A stretch of DNA of 64,000 nucleotides from Tardiphaga sp. (GTDB lineage Bacteria; Pseudomonadota; Alphaproteobacteria; Rhizobiales; Xanthobacteraceae). The notes under the pieces were generated by a model. That model saw only the letters and a program-made list of their open reading frames with translations, did not search any database and was not told where the DNA came from. The stretch is from positions 108 through 64,107 of the forward strand of contig NZ_JAQGJD010000333.1 of assembly GCF_028290785.1 (NCBI RefSeq). The letters run 5' to 3'. Each line of letters opens with the position of its first letter. The first letter of the stretch is position 1. Positions 40,579 to 50,612 of the stretch are shown here, in pieces. The position numbers and the translations under genes are program-made.

Positions 40579-41990
40579 GCGCTACCGAACCCGCATTGCT
40601 GTCGCTCACCGACGTCGCCAGGGCCATTGCGCAGAAGAAAATCTCGTCGCGCGAAGCCACGCAGTCTTGCCTCGACCGCGCTGCGAAATGGCAGCCCAGC
40701 CATAACGCCTATATGTCGATCGAGTCCGAGGCTGCGCTCACGGCCGCCGATGCCGCCGATGCGGCGCTCGCCAAAGGCCACAGCCAGGGCGCGCTGCACG
40801 GCGTGCCGCTGGCGCACAAGGACATGTATTACGATAAGGGTCATGTGGTGACCTGCGGCTCGCAGATCCGCCACGACTGGGTCGCCACCACCACGTCCAC
40901 CGCCCTGCAGCGGCTGAAGGATGCCGGCACGGTGCGGCTTGGTTCGCTGCAGATGGTGGAGTTCGCCTACGGCCCGACCGGCCACAATTCGCATTACGGC
41001 GCGGTGCATAATCCCTGGCATGTCGATCACGTCACCGGCGGTTCGTCGTCGGGCTCCGGCTCAGCGGTGGGCGCGCGACTGACCTTTGCGGCGCTCGGTT
41101 CCGACACCGGCGGTTCGATCCGGATGCCGGCGCATTTCTGCGGCGTCTCCGGCTTGAAGACGACCGTGGGCCTCGTCAGTCGCGCCGGCGCGATGCCACT
41201 GTCGCAATCGCTCGACACCGTCGGGCCGCTGGCGCGCACCGCCGAAGACTGCGCGCTGCTCACCGGCCTGATGGCCGGAGCCGATCCGCTCGATCCCACC
41301 ACCAGCACCCGCGTGGTGCCGGACTACTTGGCGGCGACTCGTGCGTCCGCCAAGGGCATGACCGTCGGTATTCCCAAGGCGTTCTATGTGGACGATCTCG
41401 ACGCCGAGACCGCGAGAATTCTTGACGACACCATCGCCACGCTGAAGCGCGAAGGCGTCAATATCGTCGAGGTCGATCTGCCCGACCAGCGCCAGCTCAC
41501 CGCGGCCTGTCAGCTGGTGCTGGCGACGGAAGCCGCCGCCCTGCACAAGCGATGGATGATCGAGCGGCCGCAGGATTATGGCGCGCAGGTTTTGATGCGG
41601 CTGCAGAACGGCTTTGCGATTCCCGGCGTGTCCTATCTGGAAGCGCTGCGCTGGCGCGGGCCGGCGCTCGCGGCTTACCTGGCGGCGGTCACCGGCACGG
41701 ATGCGGTGCTGGCCCCGGTGTCGCCGGCGCCAGCGCCGACCATCGCCGAGACCGACGTCGGCAACAGCATGGGCGCCGAAGCGTTGATCCAGCGGCTGAC
41801 GCGCTTCACCCGGCCGATCAACTATCTCGGCGTGCCGGCGCTTTCGATCCCGACTGGATTCACCGCCAGCCAGTTGCCGGTCGGCATGCAGCTGATCGGC
41901 CGTCCGTTCGACGAAGCGACGCTGCTGACCCTCGGCGCCGCGTTCCAGCGGGCTACCGACTTCCACACAAGGTGTCCGGAGCTGGCATGA
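40575..41990 (+). CDS. Amidase-signature family amidase
   Basis: PLAHKD, GGSSSGS, LGSDTGGSIRMPA. Confidence 0.94.
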   Translation: MSATEPALLSLTDVARAIAQKKISSREATQSCLDRAAKWQPSHNAYMSIESEAALTAADAADAALAKGHSQGALHGVPLAHKDMYYDKGHVVTCGSQIRHDWVATTTSTALQRLKDAGTVRLGSLQMVEFAYGPTGHNSHYGAVHNPWHVDHVTGGSSSGSGSAVGARLTFAALGSDTGGSIRMPAHFCGVSGLKTTVGLVSRAGAMPLSQSLDTVGPLARTAEDCALLTGLMAGADPLDPTTSTRVVPDYLAATRASAKGMTVGIPKAFYVDDLDAETARILDDTIATLKREGVNIVEVDLPDQRQLTAACQLVLATEAAALHKRWMIERPQDYGAQVLMRLQNGFAIPGVSYLEALRWRGPALAAYLAAVTGTDAVLAPVSPAPAPTIAETDVGNSMGAEALIQRLTRFTRPINYLGVPALSIPTGFTASQLPVGMQLIGRPFDEATLLTLGAAFQRATDFHTRCPELA

Positions 41991-42964
41991 GCAATCTGGT
42001 CGAGGTCCGCAATCTCAACATCAAGTTCTCGGGCGAGCGCACCGTCCATGCGGTGAACGATCTCAGCCTGACACTGGGCGAGGGCGAGGTGCTCGGCCTG
42101 CTCGGCGAGTCCGGCTCGGGCAAGAGTGTCACACTGCGTGCACTGATGCGGCTGCTGCCGAAGAAGCGCACGCAGATCACCGGCACCGTCAATGTGCTGG
42201 GCAGGGATGTGCTGGCGCTCGATGACGAGGAGCTGTCGGCGTTTCGCGGTCAGACCGTGTCGATGATCTTTCAGGAACCGGCGCTGGCGCTGGATCCGGT
42301 CTACACCATCGGTCAGCAGATCGCCGAAAGCGTGATGCGCCACGAGGGCAAGAGCCAGGCCGACGGTATGAAGCGCGCGCTGGAAATGCTCGAGGTGGTG
42401 CGTATCCCCTCGGCGAAACGCCGGCTGGACGCCTATCCGCACGAAATGTCCGGCGGCATGCGGCAGCGCGCGATGATCGCGCTGGCGCTGGCCTGCAAGC
42501 CGAAAATCCTGCTCGCCGACGAGCCGACAACGGCGCTCGACGCCACCGTCCAGATCCAGATTTTGTTGTTGCTGCGCGAGCTGCAGCGCGAATTCGGCAT
42601 GTCGATTATTTTCGTCACACACGATATCGGCGTCGCGATCGAAATTTGCGACCGCGTCGCGGTGATGTATGCCGGCCAGATCGTCGAGCAGGGCACGCTG
42701 AGCCAGATCGTGCGCTCGGCAGTGCATCCCTATCCACGCGGATTGCTGGCTTCCACCGTGCATGGCGCCAAGCGCGGCGCCCGGCTGGAAACCATCCCCG
42801 GCACACCGCCCTCGCTCGACAAGGCGCCGGTGAACTGCTCCTTCGCGCCGCGTTGCAGCTTCGCCCAGCCGCGCTGCGTCGAGGCGCCGCCGCCGAACGT
42901 CCACATGGAAGGCAACCGCATGGCGCGATGCATTCTGGCGGAGCCGGCAGCGGTGGTGGTCTAG
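41987..42964 (+). CDS. ABC ATP-binding protein (DppD-like)
   Basis: GESGSGKS, MSGGMRQR, ADEPTTALD, CSFAPRC. Confidence 0.93.
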   Translation: MSNLVEVRNLNIKFSGERTVHAVNDLSLTLGEGEVLGLLGESGSGKSVTLRALMRLLPKKRTQITGTVNVLGRDVLALDDEELSAFRGQTVSMIFQEPALALDPVYTIGQQIAESVMRHEGKSQADGMKRALEMLEVVRIPSAKRRLDAYPHEMSGGMRQRAMIALALACKPKILLADEPTTALDATVQIQILLLLRELQREFGMSIIFVTHDIGVAIEICDRVAVMYAGQIVEQGTLSQIVRSAVHPYPRGLLASTVHGAKRGARLETIPGTPPSLDKAPVNCSFAPRCSFAQPRCVEAPPPNVHMEGNRMARCILAEPAAVVV

Positions 42965-42978
42965 TTAGTCTGTACGTG

Positions 42979-43054
42979 GTCATGGCCGGGCTTGTCCCGG
43001 CCATTCACGATGTTCCGCGAGAACGTGGATGCCCGGCATAGCGCCGGGCATGAC
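42979..43054. repeat. GTCATGGCCGGGCTTGTCCCGGCCAT...GCATGAC palindromic element
   Basis: Same family as 7488-7561. Confidence 0.82.
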
Positions 43055-43100
43055 GTGGAGAGGACGGTCACTCGACGAGAGGTCGTTCGTTGGTCCGAAA

Positions 43101-43583
43101 TCACGCCGATAAATTCTTCAGCAAGAACGTCAACGCCGTATGCGCGAACGCATGCATGTTGCCCAGCCGATCGCTGCTGCCGGTTTCCAGCGTCATCACA
43201 TCGTGATGCGGTCCGGCCACCGCGATGCAGCTGTGGCCGGCCGCGTCGCCGTAGCTGTTGCCGGTCGGACCGGTGGCGCCGGTCTCGGACAGTCCCCAGT
43301 CGCAGGCAAAGCGTTCCCGGATCCGCTTCGCAAGCAATTCGGCATAGGGCTCGGACGCGGAGCGCAGGCCTTTCATCGCATCATTGTCGATGTCGGCCAG
43401 GATTCGGCGCGCGTCGCGGGTGTAGATGACGGCGCCACCGAGAAAATACGCCGATGCGCCGGGCACCGCGAGCAGGGCCGCTGAAATCAGGCCGCCCGTC
43501 GAGGATTCCGACACGGCGATCTTTTGCTTGCGCGCGATCAATTCGACCGCAATCCTTTCCGCCAGCGCGACAAGCTCTCTCAT
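43101..43583 (-). CDS. CinA/PncC C-terminal domain protein
   Basis: SESSTGGLI, PGASAYFLGG, SETGATGPTG. Confidence 0.85.
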   Translation of the reverse strand: MRELVALAERIAVELIARKQKIAVSESSTGGLISAALLAVPGASAYFLGGAVIYTRDARRILADIDNDAMKGLRSASEPYAELLAKRIRERFACDWGLSETGATGPTGNSYGDAAGHSCIAVAGPHHDVMTLETGSSDRLGNMHAFAHTALTFLLKNLSA

Positions 43584-44518
43584 GATTTCTTGCCCGGTTT
43601 GTCGGCGAGCGAATGATAGACGACGCGAATGAAGTTCTTGCCGGCCTGTTCGCTCAACGCCCACGTGGCGTCGAGATCGGCGAACGGTTTCGCCGCCAGG
43701 ACGTCGTCCTCGCTCTTGCCCTCCTTCACCAGTTTCGCCATCCGGTCGCGCGCGGTGACCAGCATGGCGCGGTACTCGATCAGCGCAGTCTTGTCGGCGA
43801 GCGGGCCGTGACCCGGCACAATCTTGGTCTTGTCGTTAGCCAGCTTGAGATAGGCGTCGGTGGCGGCGATCATGCCCTTGATGTTGCCGCCGTTGAGGAA
43901 GTCGATGTTGGGATAGCGGCGATTGGTGAAGGTGTCACCAGTGGCCAGCACGTTGGCACTCTTGAAGTAGACGTAGGTGTCGCCGTCGGTGTGGGCGTGT
44001 TCGATGTGCCGGAGTTCGGCGATGCGGCCCCTCAGACTGAGCTTGAGCTGGTGGGTATAGGTGGTGGCAGGCAGCGCTTCCTTGGGTGCTGGCGGATTGT
44101 CGACGCCGGTCAGGAAATTCTGGGTACCTGTCGCAAGCCGGGTCTTGACCTTGATGTTGGCGACGACCGTCGTGCCTTCCTTGGCGAACGGCGCATTGCC
44201 GCCGGTGTGGTCGCCGTGGAAATGCGTGTTGACGAGATACTTGACCGGCTGCGGCGACACCGCCGCGATAGCCGCCTTGATCTTGTCATGCAGCGGGGCG
44301 AATTCGCCATCGACCAGAATGACGCCGTTCTTGGCGGTGGCCAGCGTCATGTTGCCGCCTTGGCCTTCGAGCATATAGGTGCCGTCGCCGAGGTCGGTGG
44401 TCTTGATTTCAACCTTGGAAAAATCCGGAGCCGGCGGCGCGGGTGGTTGCTGTTGGGCGAAGGCGGGAGCGGCAAGCGTTGCCAGGGTGACGAACGCGGC
44501 CAGTATATTCCGATGCAT
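43580..44518 (-). CDS. Secreted MBL-fold metallo-hydrolase (cyclase-like)
   Basis: Signal peptide, NTHFHGDHTGGN, AHTDGD, VPGHG. Confidence 0.9.
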   Translation of the reverse strand: MHRNILAAFVTLATLAAPAFAQQQPPAPPAPDFSKVEIKTTDLGDGTYMLEGQGGNMTLATAKNGVILVDGEFAPLHDKIKAAIAAVSPQPVKYLVNTHFHGDHTGGNAPFAKEGTTVVANIKVKTRLATGTQNFLTGVDNPPAPKEALPATTYTHQLKLSLRGRIAELRHIEHAHTDGDTYVYFKSANVLATGDTFTNRRYPNIDFLNGGNIKGMIAATDAYLKLANDKTKIVPGHGPLADKTALIEYRAMLVTARDRMAKLVKEGKSEDDVLAAKPFADLDATWALSEQAGKNFIRVVYHSLADKPGKKS

Positions 44519-44634
44519 GACGAACTCCGTACGAGACAGGCCGCCTTGTAGCATGGTTCGCACGCCCGTCCGTTGCCGAACGCGTGAACGCGCGCAGCGG
44601 GTCGGCTGCGCGAGTTCGAGGTTTAGAGCGCCCG

Positions 44635-45948
44635 CTATGCGGGAACGGCCTCTCGTGTCGCCATCGCCTTGCCGCCGCGATAGATCGTCAGCGTGGCCAC
44701 CAGACCGCTGGCCGCGGCGAACATCAGCCAGAAGCCGGGCGAGGCCTTGTCACCGGTGCGGTCAATCAGCCAGGTCGCAGCCAACGGCGTGAAGGTGCCG
44801 AACAGCGCCGCGGCCAGCGCATAGGCCAGCGAGAAGCAGGTGGTGCGTACGTGCGCGGGCACGATCTCGGTGAGGGCGACCACCATCGCGCCGTTGTAGA
44901 TGCCGTAAAAGAACGACAGCAACAGTTCGACGATCATCATCTTGCTGAAGGAGGGGGCACTCACCAGCCACGATAACAGCGGGTAGGCGGTCAGAAGCGA
45001 CAGTCCCGCGCTGGCCAGCAACACCGGTTTACGGCCGATGCGGTCGCTTAACGCGCCGCCGATCGGCAACCAGATGAAATTGCTGATGGCCACGAACACG
45101 GTGACGATCAGGGCGTCGCTATTGCTGAGCTTGAGCACGTTCTTGCCGAAGGTCGGCGTGTACACGGTGACGAAGTAGAACGTGACGGTGGTCATTGCCA
45201 CCATCATCATGCCCCAGAAAATGATGCGCCAGTTCAGCGCTGCCGCGGCGAAGGTTTCGGACGGGGACGGATGTTTCTTCATGGCCAGGAAGGCCGGGGT
45301 TTCCTCCAGCGTGCGGCGCAGCACGAAGATGAAGGGCACGATGATGCAGCCGATGAAGAACGGAATCCGCCAGCCCCAGGCAGTGATGGCGTCGGCGGGC
45401 AAAATTTCGCTGAGCACGAAGCCGATGACGGCGGCGACGAAAATTGCGACCTGCTGACTCGCCGACTGGAACGAGGTGTAGAAGCCTTTCTTGCCGGGGG
45501 TGGCGATCTCGAACAGGTAGACCGAGACGCCGCCCAGTTCGACGCCGGCGGAAAACCCCTGCAGCAGCCGGCCGATCAGCACGATGATCGGCGCGGCGAT
45601 GCCGATCGAAGCATAGGTCGGGCACACTGCGATGAAGATCGTGCCCATCGCCATGATCGCCAGCGTGACGATCAGGCCCTTGCGGCGGCCAATGCGGTCG
45701 ATATAGGCGCCCAGAAAAATCGCGCCGACCGGGCGCATCAGGGCGCCGAGCCAAAACGTCGTGAAGGTCAGCAGCAGCGCGTTGGTGTCATTGCCAGGAG
45801 GGAAAAACGCCTTGGAGATCGCGGTGGCGTAGAAGCCGAACAGGAAAAAATCGAACTGTTCGAGGAAATTGCCGGAGGTTGAGCGCAAAATGGCGCCGAG
45901 CCGGGATTTGATTTCCGCAGGCGGCGAATGGGTGGTTGGCGACGTCAT
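44635..45948 (-). CDS. MFS citrate/tricarballylate:H+ symporter (CitA/TcuC-like)
   Basis: [40 protein letters not shown]. Confidence 0.9.
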   Translation of the reverse strand: MTSPTTHSPPAEIKSRLGAILRSTSGNFLEQFDFFLFGFYATAISKAFFPPGNDTNALLLTFTTFWLGALMRPVGAIFLGAYIDRIGRRKGLIVTLAIMAMGTIFIAVCPTYASIGIAAPIIVLIGRLLQGFSAGVELGGVSVYLFEIATPGKKGFYTSFQSASQQVAIFVAAVIGFVLSEILPADAITAWGWRIPFFIGCIIVPFIFVLRRTLEETPAFLAMKKHPSPSETFAAAALNWRIIFWGMMMVAMTTVTFYFVTVYTPTFGKNVLKLSNSDALIVTVFVAISNFIWLPIGGALSDRIGRKPVLLASAGLSLLTAYPLLSWLVSAPSFSKMMIVELLLSFFYGIYNGAMVVALTEIVPAHVRTTCFSLAYALAAALFGTFTPLAATWLIDRTGDKASPGFWLMFAAASGLVATLTIYRGGKAMATREAVPA

Positions 45949-46076
45949 GGTTTCCCCCGGAGATTACGGCGCGCAAACGCGCGTCCGTTGCAGCTCGACT
46001 GCTTGATGCGGCATTCTGCCACGGGGGCGGAGCCGGGCCAATCCCCAAAAGCCGATGCAGGAGCGTGTGGCGATCG

Positions 46077-46976
46077 TCACGCCTTGGGTTGAACGGCAGC
46101 CAGCAGCCATTCCCGGAACGCCACCAGCTTCGGCGCGTGGGACGCGGTCTCGGGCGATACCAGATAGAAGCCGGCATCCGCCGGCAGGCTGATCTGGAAC
46201 GGCACCACGAGCCGGCCATTCGCAAGGTCGCCCTCCACATAGGTGGTGCGGCCCACCGCGACCCCAAGGCCGTCGATCGCCGCCTGCAGGGTCATGAAGA
46301 TCATGTCGAAGCTCAGCCCCGGCTGCTTCGAGATATCCGTCGGGAGACCGGCGGCGGTTAGCCACAGCCGCCAGTCGTCGTCATAGCCGCCGCTGGAATG
46401 CAGCAGCGTGTGGTGCGCCAGATCCTGCGGCGTCCGTAGCGGCCAGTCGCCCTGCAGCAGCGCCGGGCTGCAGACCGGAAACAGCTGGTCGGCGGTGAGC
46501 CAGTCGGCGCGCAGCCCAGGCCAGTGGCCGCGGCCGTAGCGGATCGCGGCGTCGACATCGCCGCTCTTGAAATCCACCATGCCGGTGGAGGTGGTGATAC
46601 GGACGTCGATGTTCGGATGCGCCGCCTGGAACGCCGACAGTTTGGGTAGCAGCCATTTGGCGGCGAGCGAGGCCAGCGTGCTCACGGTGAGCACATGGTC
46701 GTTGTCCTTGCGCAGCAGCCGGTCGGTGGCCAGCCGCAGGTCGTTAAAGGCGGCGCGGACGCCGGGCAGATAATCCCGCGCTTGTGGCGTCAGCGCTAGC
46801 GCACGATTCTGCCGGATGAACAGCGGGATGCCGAGCTCTTCCTCGAGCCGCTTGATCTGATGGCTGATCGCCGTCTGCGTGACGTTCAGTTCGGCGGCGG
46901 CGTTGGTGAAGCTGAGATGGCGCGCCGCAGATTCAAAGGCGCGCAGCCCATTGAGCGACGGCAGCCGGGCACTCAT
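46077..46976 (-). CDS. gcvA: LysR regulator, GcvA-like
   Basis: RLPSLNGLRAFESAARHLSFTNAAAELNVTQTAISHQIK, DAAIRYGRGHWPGL. Confidence 0.85.
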   Translation of the reverse strand: MSARLPSLNGLRAFESAARHLSFTNAAAELNVTQTAISHQIKRLEEELGIPLFIRQNRALALTPQARDYLPGVRAAFNDLRLATDRLLRKDNDHVLTVSTLASLAAKWLLPKLSAFQAAHPNIDVRITTSTGMVDFKSGDVDAAIRYGRGHWPGLRADWLTADQLFPVCSPALLQGDWPLRTPQDLAHHTLLHSSGGYDDDWRLWLTAAGLPTDISKQPGLSFDMIFMTLQAAIDGLGVAVGRTTYVEGDLANGRLVVPFQISLPADAGFYLVSPETASHAPKLVAFREWLLAAVQPKA

Positions 46977-46997
46977 ATGGTCTCCCTTCGCTCCGTC

Positions 46998-47014
46998 CAT
47001 GAGTTTATCTCATG
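46998..47014. promoter_or_regulatory. LysR T-N11-A binding box
   Basis: Perfect dyad CATGAG-TTTAT-CTCATG between divergent genes. Confidence 0.65.
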
Positions 47015-47095
47015 TGACGCGGTGCACAATGTCGTTTGTCGGACGCGCCAAATGCGACGATATTTAAGGCAGAAATTTAGCCCGAGGAGAGAAAA

Positions 47096-47299
47096 ATGTC
47101 TACGTATACTCATGAATCGATGACAAATCATCATGCGCCGAGCGTGTTCGCCGAGGCCGGCCACGTGCTTCACATCTGGATTGAACGGATTCGCCAGCGC
47201 CGCGAACTTATCGAGTGGAGCGAACGCGACGTCCGCGATGCCGGCCTGTCGTGGGGCGATGTGAGGTACGAAGCCAGCAAGCCGTTCTGGCGCGCGTAA
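47096..47299 (+). CDS. DUF1127 small protein
   Basis: WIERIRQRREL..SERDVRDAGLS...EASKPFWRA; AGGAG RBS. Confidence 0.88.
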   Translation: MSTYTHESMTNHHAPSVFAEAGHVLHIWIERIRQRRELIEWSERDVRDAGLSWGDVRYEASKPFWRA

Positions 47300-47319
47300 A
47301 CGCCAAAGGAGCGCGCGCC

Positions 47320-47937
47320 ATGAAAACCATCGAACCAGGCGATCTCCGCCAGTATTCTGATGTACTGCTGACGCGCGGCGGTGAGATCGTAACGTTGCGT
47401 TTCGTTGAGGTCACGGACGCCGCCGCGCTGCAGACCTATTTCCGCAATCTGTCGGTGCGCTCGCGTTACAACCGGTTGATGGGCGCGGCCAGCGAGTTGC
47501 CAGTAGGGCAGCTGGAGAAATTCATCCACGTCGGGGACGGCGGCAGCTTCTCGGTGGTGGCGACCATGAAAGCCGATGGCGTTGATCGCATCGTTGGCGA
47601 AGCTCGCTACGCCCTCGATGAAGATACCGCGCGCTTCGAGTTCGGGCTGTCGATCGACGATGGGCTGCAGCGCAAGGGCCTGGGCTTGGCGTTGCTGTCC
47701 AACCTCGCATGCCGCGCCGCCGCGCTTGGCGCTGAAACCCTGTTCGGGGATACGCTGCGCTCCAACGACGCGATGCAGGCGCTGGCGCGCAAGGCAGGCT
47801 TCAGCTTCGTATCAACGCCCGGAGACTGGAAACAGGTGCGGTTCGAGAAACGCATCACGATCGTGCCGCAAGATATTCAGTGCGCGAGCTGGCGAGTGAG
47901 GGCCGAGCTAGGTGCTTATGCGCCCTTGGTTCACTGA
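47320..47937 (+). CDS. GNAT-family N-acetyltransferase
   Basis: LQRKGLG acetyl-CoA motif, NDAMQALARKAGF; AAAGGAG RBS. Confidence 0.88.
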   Translation: MKTIEPGDLRQYSDVLLTRGGEIVTLRFVEVTDAAALQTYFRNLSVRSRYNRLMGAASELPVGQLEKFIHVGDGGSFSVVATMKADGVDRIVGEARYALDEDTARFEFGLSIDDGLQRKGLGLALLSNLACRAAALGAETLFGDTLRSNDAMQALARKAGFSFVSTPGDWKQVRFEKRITIVPQDIQCASWRVRAELGAYAPLVH

Positions 47938-47960
47938 TTTTTCGTAAGCTCTCGCCTCGC

Positions 47961-48662
47961 TCAAAACTTCTCCACCCACGGCCGGACTTCCAGCTCTGAA
48001 CTCCACGCGCTGCGCGGCTGTTGCAGCACGTTCCAGTAGTTGACGGCGATGGCGTCGGGATCGAGCATCGAGTCCGGCCGGTCCGCGGGCTCGGCGCGGA
48101 CCGAGCTGCGGATGCCGCCATCGATGACGAAGTGAGCGATGTGGATGCCCTGCGGCGCGAATTCGCGGGCCAGCGACTGCGCCATGCCGCGCAGTGCGAA
48201 CTTGCCCATCGCAAACGGCGCCGACTGCGCAAAGCCCTTGATGCTGGCGGAGGCGCCGGTGAACAGGATCGCGCCGTGCCGGTTCGGCAGCATCCTTTGC
48301 AGCGCCTGTTGCGCCACCAGAAACCCGCCGAACGCGCTGACGGCGATCGATTGCGCGACATCCTCAGGCTTGAGTTCGACGAACGGCCCGCGGGCGCGCT
48401 GGCTGGCGTTGTAGACGACCACATCGAGCTTGCCGATCTGCTGCTCCACCTCGACGAACAGTTTGGCGACGTCATCGGCACTGGTGGCATCGCAGGCGAA
48501 GGCTTTGGCGCCGGTTTCCTGACACAGCGCATCCAGCTTCGCGGCGTTGCGCGCGGCCAGCGCCACCCGCAGCCCTTGCTTCGCCAGCAAACGCGCCAGC
48601 GATGCGCTGATGCCTTCGCCGGCGCCGACGATCAAAGCGGTTTCATAATGCGGAATATCCAT
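47961..48662 (-). CDS. SDR-family oxidoreductase
   Basis: IVGAGEGIS, VYNAS, FTGASAS, FAMGKFALRG. Confidence 0.9.
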   Translation of the reverse strand: MDIPHYETALIVGAGEGISASLARLLAKQGLRVALAARNAAKLDALCQETGAKAFACDATSADDVAKLFVEVEQQIGKLDVVVYNASQRARGPFVELKPEDVAQSIAVSAFGGFLVAQQALQRMLPNRHGAILFTGASASIKGFAQSAPFAMGKFALRGMAQSLAREFAPQGIHIAHFVIDGGIRSSVRAEPADRPDSMLDPDAIAVNYWNVLQQPRSAWSSELEVRPWVEKF

Positions 48663-48753
48663 GGGCGATCATTCTCCGGGGGGCACTTTATTCAGCCGCG
48701 CTCGAGGCGCATGATGGAGATGGAAACGCCGTTCGAACAAACAAGAGGTCGTC

Positions 48754-50523
48754 ATGAACGCCCAGGGTAAAATCGTTGCTGGAAACATCGACAACATGAT
48801 CGCGCCGGATACGTCGGGCATGAATTTCTATCGCGCCGATCCGGCCTTGGCGGATCTGCTGCGCATTCATCTGCCGCAGGCGCTGTTCGCGCACATCGAG
48901 CCGCATCTTGACCGCCTCGGTGCGCTGGTCGGCGGGCCGCTCGATGAAGCCGGGAGGATGGCCGACAAGCATGTTCCGGTGTTGCACCAGCGCGACCGGT
49001 TCGGCCGCGATGCGCAGCGCATCGAGTATCATCCCGCCTATCGCGAACTGGAGCACGCGGCGTTCGGCGAATTCGGCATTCACGCGATGTCGCATCGCGC
49101 GGGCATCCTGGGTTGGCCGAGCACCTATCCGGTGGCGGCGAAGCACGCCTTCACCTTCCTTTTCAACCAGGCCGAATTCGGCATGGGCTGCCCGATCAAC
49201 GTCACCGACGGCGCCGCCAAGCTGCTGTCGAAGTTCGGCGACGCTGCGCTGAAAGCGAAATACCTCGACGGGCTGACGCAAACCGACATCAGCCGGCTGA
49301 CGCAAGGCGGCCAGTTCATGACCGAAAAGGAAGGCGGCTCCGACGTCGGCAAGCTGACCACCACGGCGGTGCAGGAAGGCGATCACTGGCGCCTCACCGG
49401 CGAAAAATGGTTCTGCTCGAATGCCGACGCCGAGATCGTGATGCTGCTGGCGCGGCCCGCGGGCGCAGAGGATGGCACCCGCGGGGTCGGTCTGTTCCTG
49501 ATGCCGCGGCGCCTCGACGACGGCTCGCCGAACCACTACCGGATTGTCCGGCTGAAGGACAAGCTCGGCACACGCTCGATGGCTTCCGGCGAGATCAAGC
49601 TGGAAGGCGCGGTGGCCTACGCGGTCGGCAAGCTCGACCGCGGCTTCGTGCAGATGGCCGAGATGGTGAATTCGAGTCGGTTGTCGAACGGCGTGAAGTC
49701 AACATCGCTGATGCGCCGCGCCTATCACGACGCGATGGCGGTGGCGCGCGGCCGGGTGGTGTTCGGAAGCCGGATCATCGACATGCCGCTGGCGCGTCGG
49801 CAGTTGATGAAGATCATGCTGCCGACCGAACAGGCGCTGTCGATGAGTTTTCTCACCGCTGATGCGCTGGACCGCGCCGAAGCCGGTAGCCAGGACGCCG
49901 CGGCGCTGCTGCGCATTCTCACGCCAACGCTGAAATTTCGCGCCACCCGTGATGCGCGAAAAGTCTGCGGCGACGCCATGGAGATGCGTGGCGGCATCGG
50001 CTACATCGAGGAATTCGCCACGGCGCGCCTGCTACGCGATGCCCATCTTGGCTCGATCTGGGAAGGCACGGGCAACATCGTGGCGCTGGATGCCCTGAAG
50101 CGCGCCGTTGGTCGTCATGGCGCGGAGGCCGCGCTGGCCGCCGATCTGCATGCGCGGCTCGACGATTCCGCCAGTGTGCCGCAGATCTGGCGCGACCGGC
50201 TGCATGGCCTTGTCGATCACGCCATCGGCTTTGCACGGGAAGTTGCTGCTCACGCCGACAATGAAGCCGACGCGCGGCGCGCGACGAGTTCGCTGTATCA
50301 TGTGGCCAGTGCGGTGACGCTGGCATGGGAGAGCCATCGTATCCACGCCATGCGGGGTGATGCGCGCCGGCTGCTGCTGTCGCGACTGGTGATCGATCAC
50401 CGCCTGATGGCGCCGGACCCCTTCGCGGCGATCGAGAGCGACACGCAACGGGCGATTGTCGAGCACCTGTTGAGCGAGCGCGATGTAGGGATGGCGGAGG
50501 CGGGCGCGCTGGTAGTGACGTAG
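48754..50523 (+). CDS. Acyl-CoA dehydrogenase family protein (AidB-like)
   Basis: MTEKEGGSDV, GEKWFCS, RLKDKLGTRSMASGE, GGIGYIEE, IWEGTGNI. Confidence 0.9.
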   Translation: MNAQGKIVAGNIDNMIAPDTSGMNFYRADPALADLLRIHLPQALFAHIEPHLDRLGALVGGPLDEAGRMADKHVPVLHQRDRFGRDAQRIEYHPAYRELEHAAFGEFGIHAMSHRAGILGWPSTYPVAAKHAFTFLFNQAEFGMGCPINVTDGAAKLLSKFGDAALKAKYLDGLTQTDISRLTQGGQFMTEKEGGSDVGKLTTTAVQEGDHWRLTGEKWFCSNADAEIVMLLARPAGAEDGTRGVGLFLMPRRLDDGSPNHYRIVRLKDKLGTRSMASGEIKLEGAVAYAVGKLDRGFVQMAEMVNSSRLSNGVKSTSLMRRAYHDAMAVARGRVVFGSRIIDMPLARRQLMKIMLPTEQALSMSFLTADALDRAEAGSQDAAALLRILTPTLKFRATRDARKVCGDAMEMRGGIGYIEEFATARLLRDAHLGSIWEGTGNIVALDALKRAVGRHGAEAALAADLHARLDDSASVPQIWRDRLHGLVDHAIGFAREVAAHADNEADARRATSSLYHVASAVTLAWESHRIHAMRGDARRLLLSRLVIDHRLMAPDPFAAIESDTQRAIVEHLLSERDVGMAEAGALVVT

Positions 50524-50525
50524 TT

Positions 50526-50611
50526 GTAGCCCGCATGAGCGGAGCGACATGCGGGGACAGATCTTCAACGCAACGGCTGGTCCCGGATGTCGCTTCGCTC
50601 ATCCGGGCTAC
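50526..50611. repeat. GTAG-type REP doublet (REPIN-like)
   Basis: GTAGCCCGCATGAGCGGAGCGACAT ... ATGTCGCTTCGCTCATCCGGGCTAC. Confidence 0.85.
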
Positions 50612-50612
50612 G

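Noticed and set aside
40575-41990. gatA (with 40381-40578 as gatC)
   Set aside because: No gatB nearby and the context is an ABC import operon; treated as a catabolic amidase
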